Both the position numbers and the translations under genes were made by a program. From Eledone cirrhosa (Eukaryota), in the NCBI GenBank assembly GCA_964016885.1, contig OZ024741.1, positions 375,534,001-375,598,000 on the forward strand: a stretch of DNA of 64,000 nt. The letters are read 5' to 3'. This document shows positions 63,330-64,000 of this stretch, piece after piece. The notes under the pieces were generated by a model that saw nothing but the letters and a program-made list of their open reading frames with translations, was not told where the DNA came from and did not search any database. The number at the start of each line of letters is the position of its first letter. Positions within the stretch are counted from its first letter, which is position 1.

Positions 63330-63670
63330 AGGTGGTGAATATTACACCAGTTCCCCTTTGGAGGTGAATATTACACCAGTTTCACTTTGGAGGTGAATAT
63401 TACACCAGTTCCCCTTTGGAGGTGAATATTACACTAGTTTCACTTTGGAGGTGAATATTACACCAGTTTTACTTTGGAAGTGAATATTACACTGATTTCA
63501 CTTTGGAGGGGAATACCACACTATTTTCACTTTCACTTTGGAGGTGAAAATTTCACCATTTTACTTTCACTTTTGAGGTGAATATTACACCAGTTTTACT
63601 TTGGAGGTAAATATTACACCAGTTTTACTTTGGAGGTGAATATTACACTGATTTCACTTTATGGGTGAAA
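63330..63670. repeat. 29-bp minisatellite (~11-12 units)
   Basis: Unit ggaggtgaatattacaccagtt(t/c)(c/t)(a/c)cttt. Confidence 0.92.
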
Positions 63671-64000
63671 TTTGTTTTGAATGAATATGGCCTTCAAAAC
63701 AGTCGGAAATTGGTAAAAAATCATTACAGAATGGAGTTGTGAAATAAAAACTATACTCTAAATGACATTTAAAATTTTATAAATATATTCTCTACTCATG
63801 AGAATTTCAAAACCACAACATCTAAACATAATCTGTTGATTAGCTACCTCGACTTATACATCCGGTTTGGATTTTTGTCCATTTCTCAGATAAAAAATGG
63901 TGGGTGTGTTTGCTTATATTCAAGTATATACTGTTACTCTATCTGTCACCACTGTCAATAAATATGTACCTCTACATGGTGTCTTAGGTGTAATAGACAC

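Noticed and set aside
62301-63396. Three overlapping 330-350-aa Pro/His/Thr (extensin/mucin-like) ORFs
   Set aside because: Open in all three plus frames only because the G-poor repeat lacks stop codons.

Overview
AT-rich, microsatellite- and transposon-dense animal genomic DNA. The repeat content (CORE-type and Meta/MESC-type tRNA SINEs, RTE, CRE, Vingi, CR1, mariner) suggests an octopod cephalopod; this is an inference. The only intact host gene found is mitochondrial ATP synthase peripheral-stalk subunit b (ATP5PB/ATP5F1) on the minus strand: 8 coding exons from 22085 down to 5301, all GT-AG with compatible phases, giving 795 nt and 264 aa. The window also holds a processed RPL19 pseudogene (49272-49856) and many decayed mobile elements. 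The most notable unannotated signal is catalytic RNA. A near-complete HDV-like double-pseudoknot ribozyme fold (24238-24313) sits exactly at the 5' end of a Vingi/Ingi-type LINE nested in a CRE element. At least six Penelope-type minimal hammerhead motifs also occur, two of them in sense orientation in ATP5PB intron 6. Other points of interest are RTE reverse transcriptases with an embedded PHD-type zinc finger, modular SINE/LINE tail sharing, a 48-bp double-hairpin array expanded from a retroposon module, and several fold-back palindromes. All calls were made by eye, and repeat boundaries are approximate.
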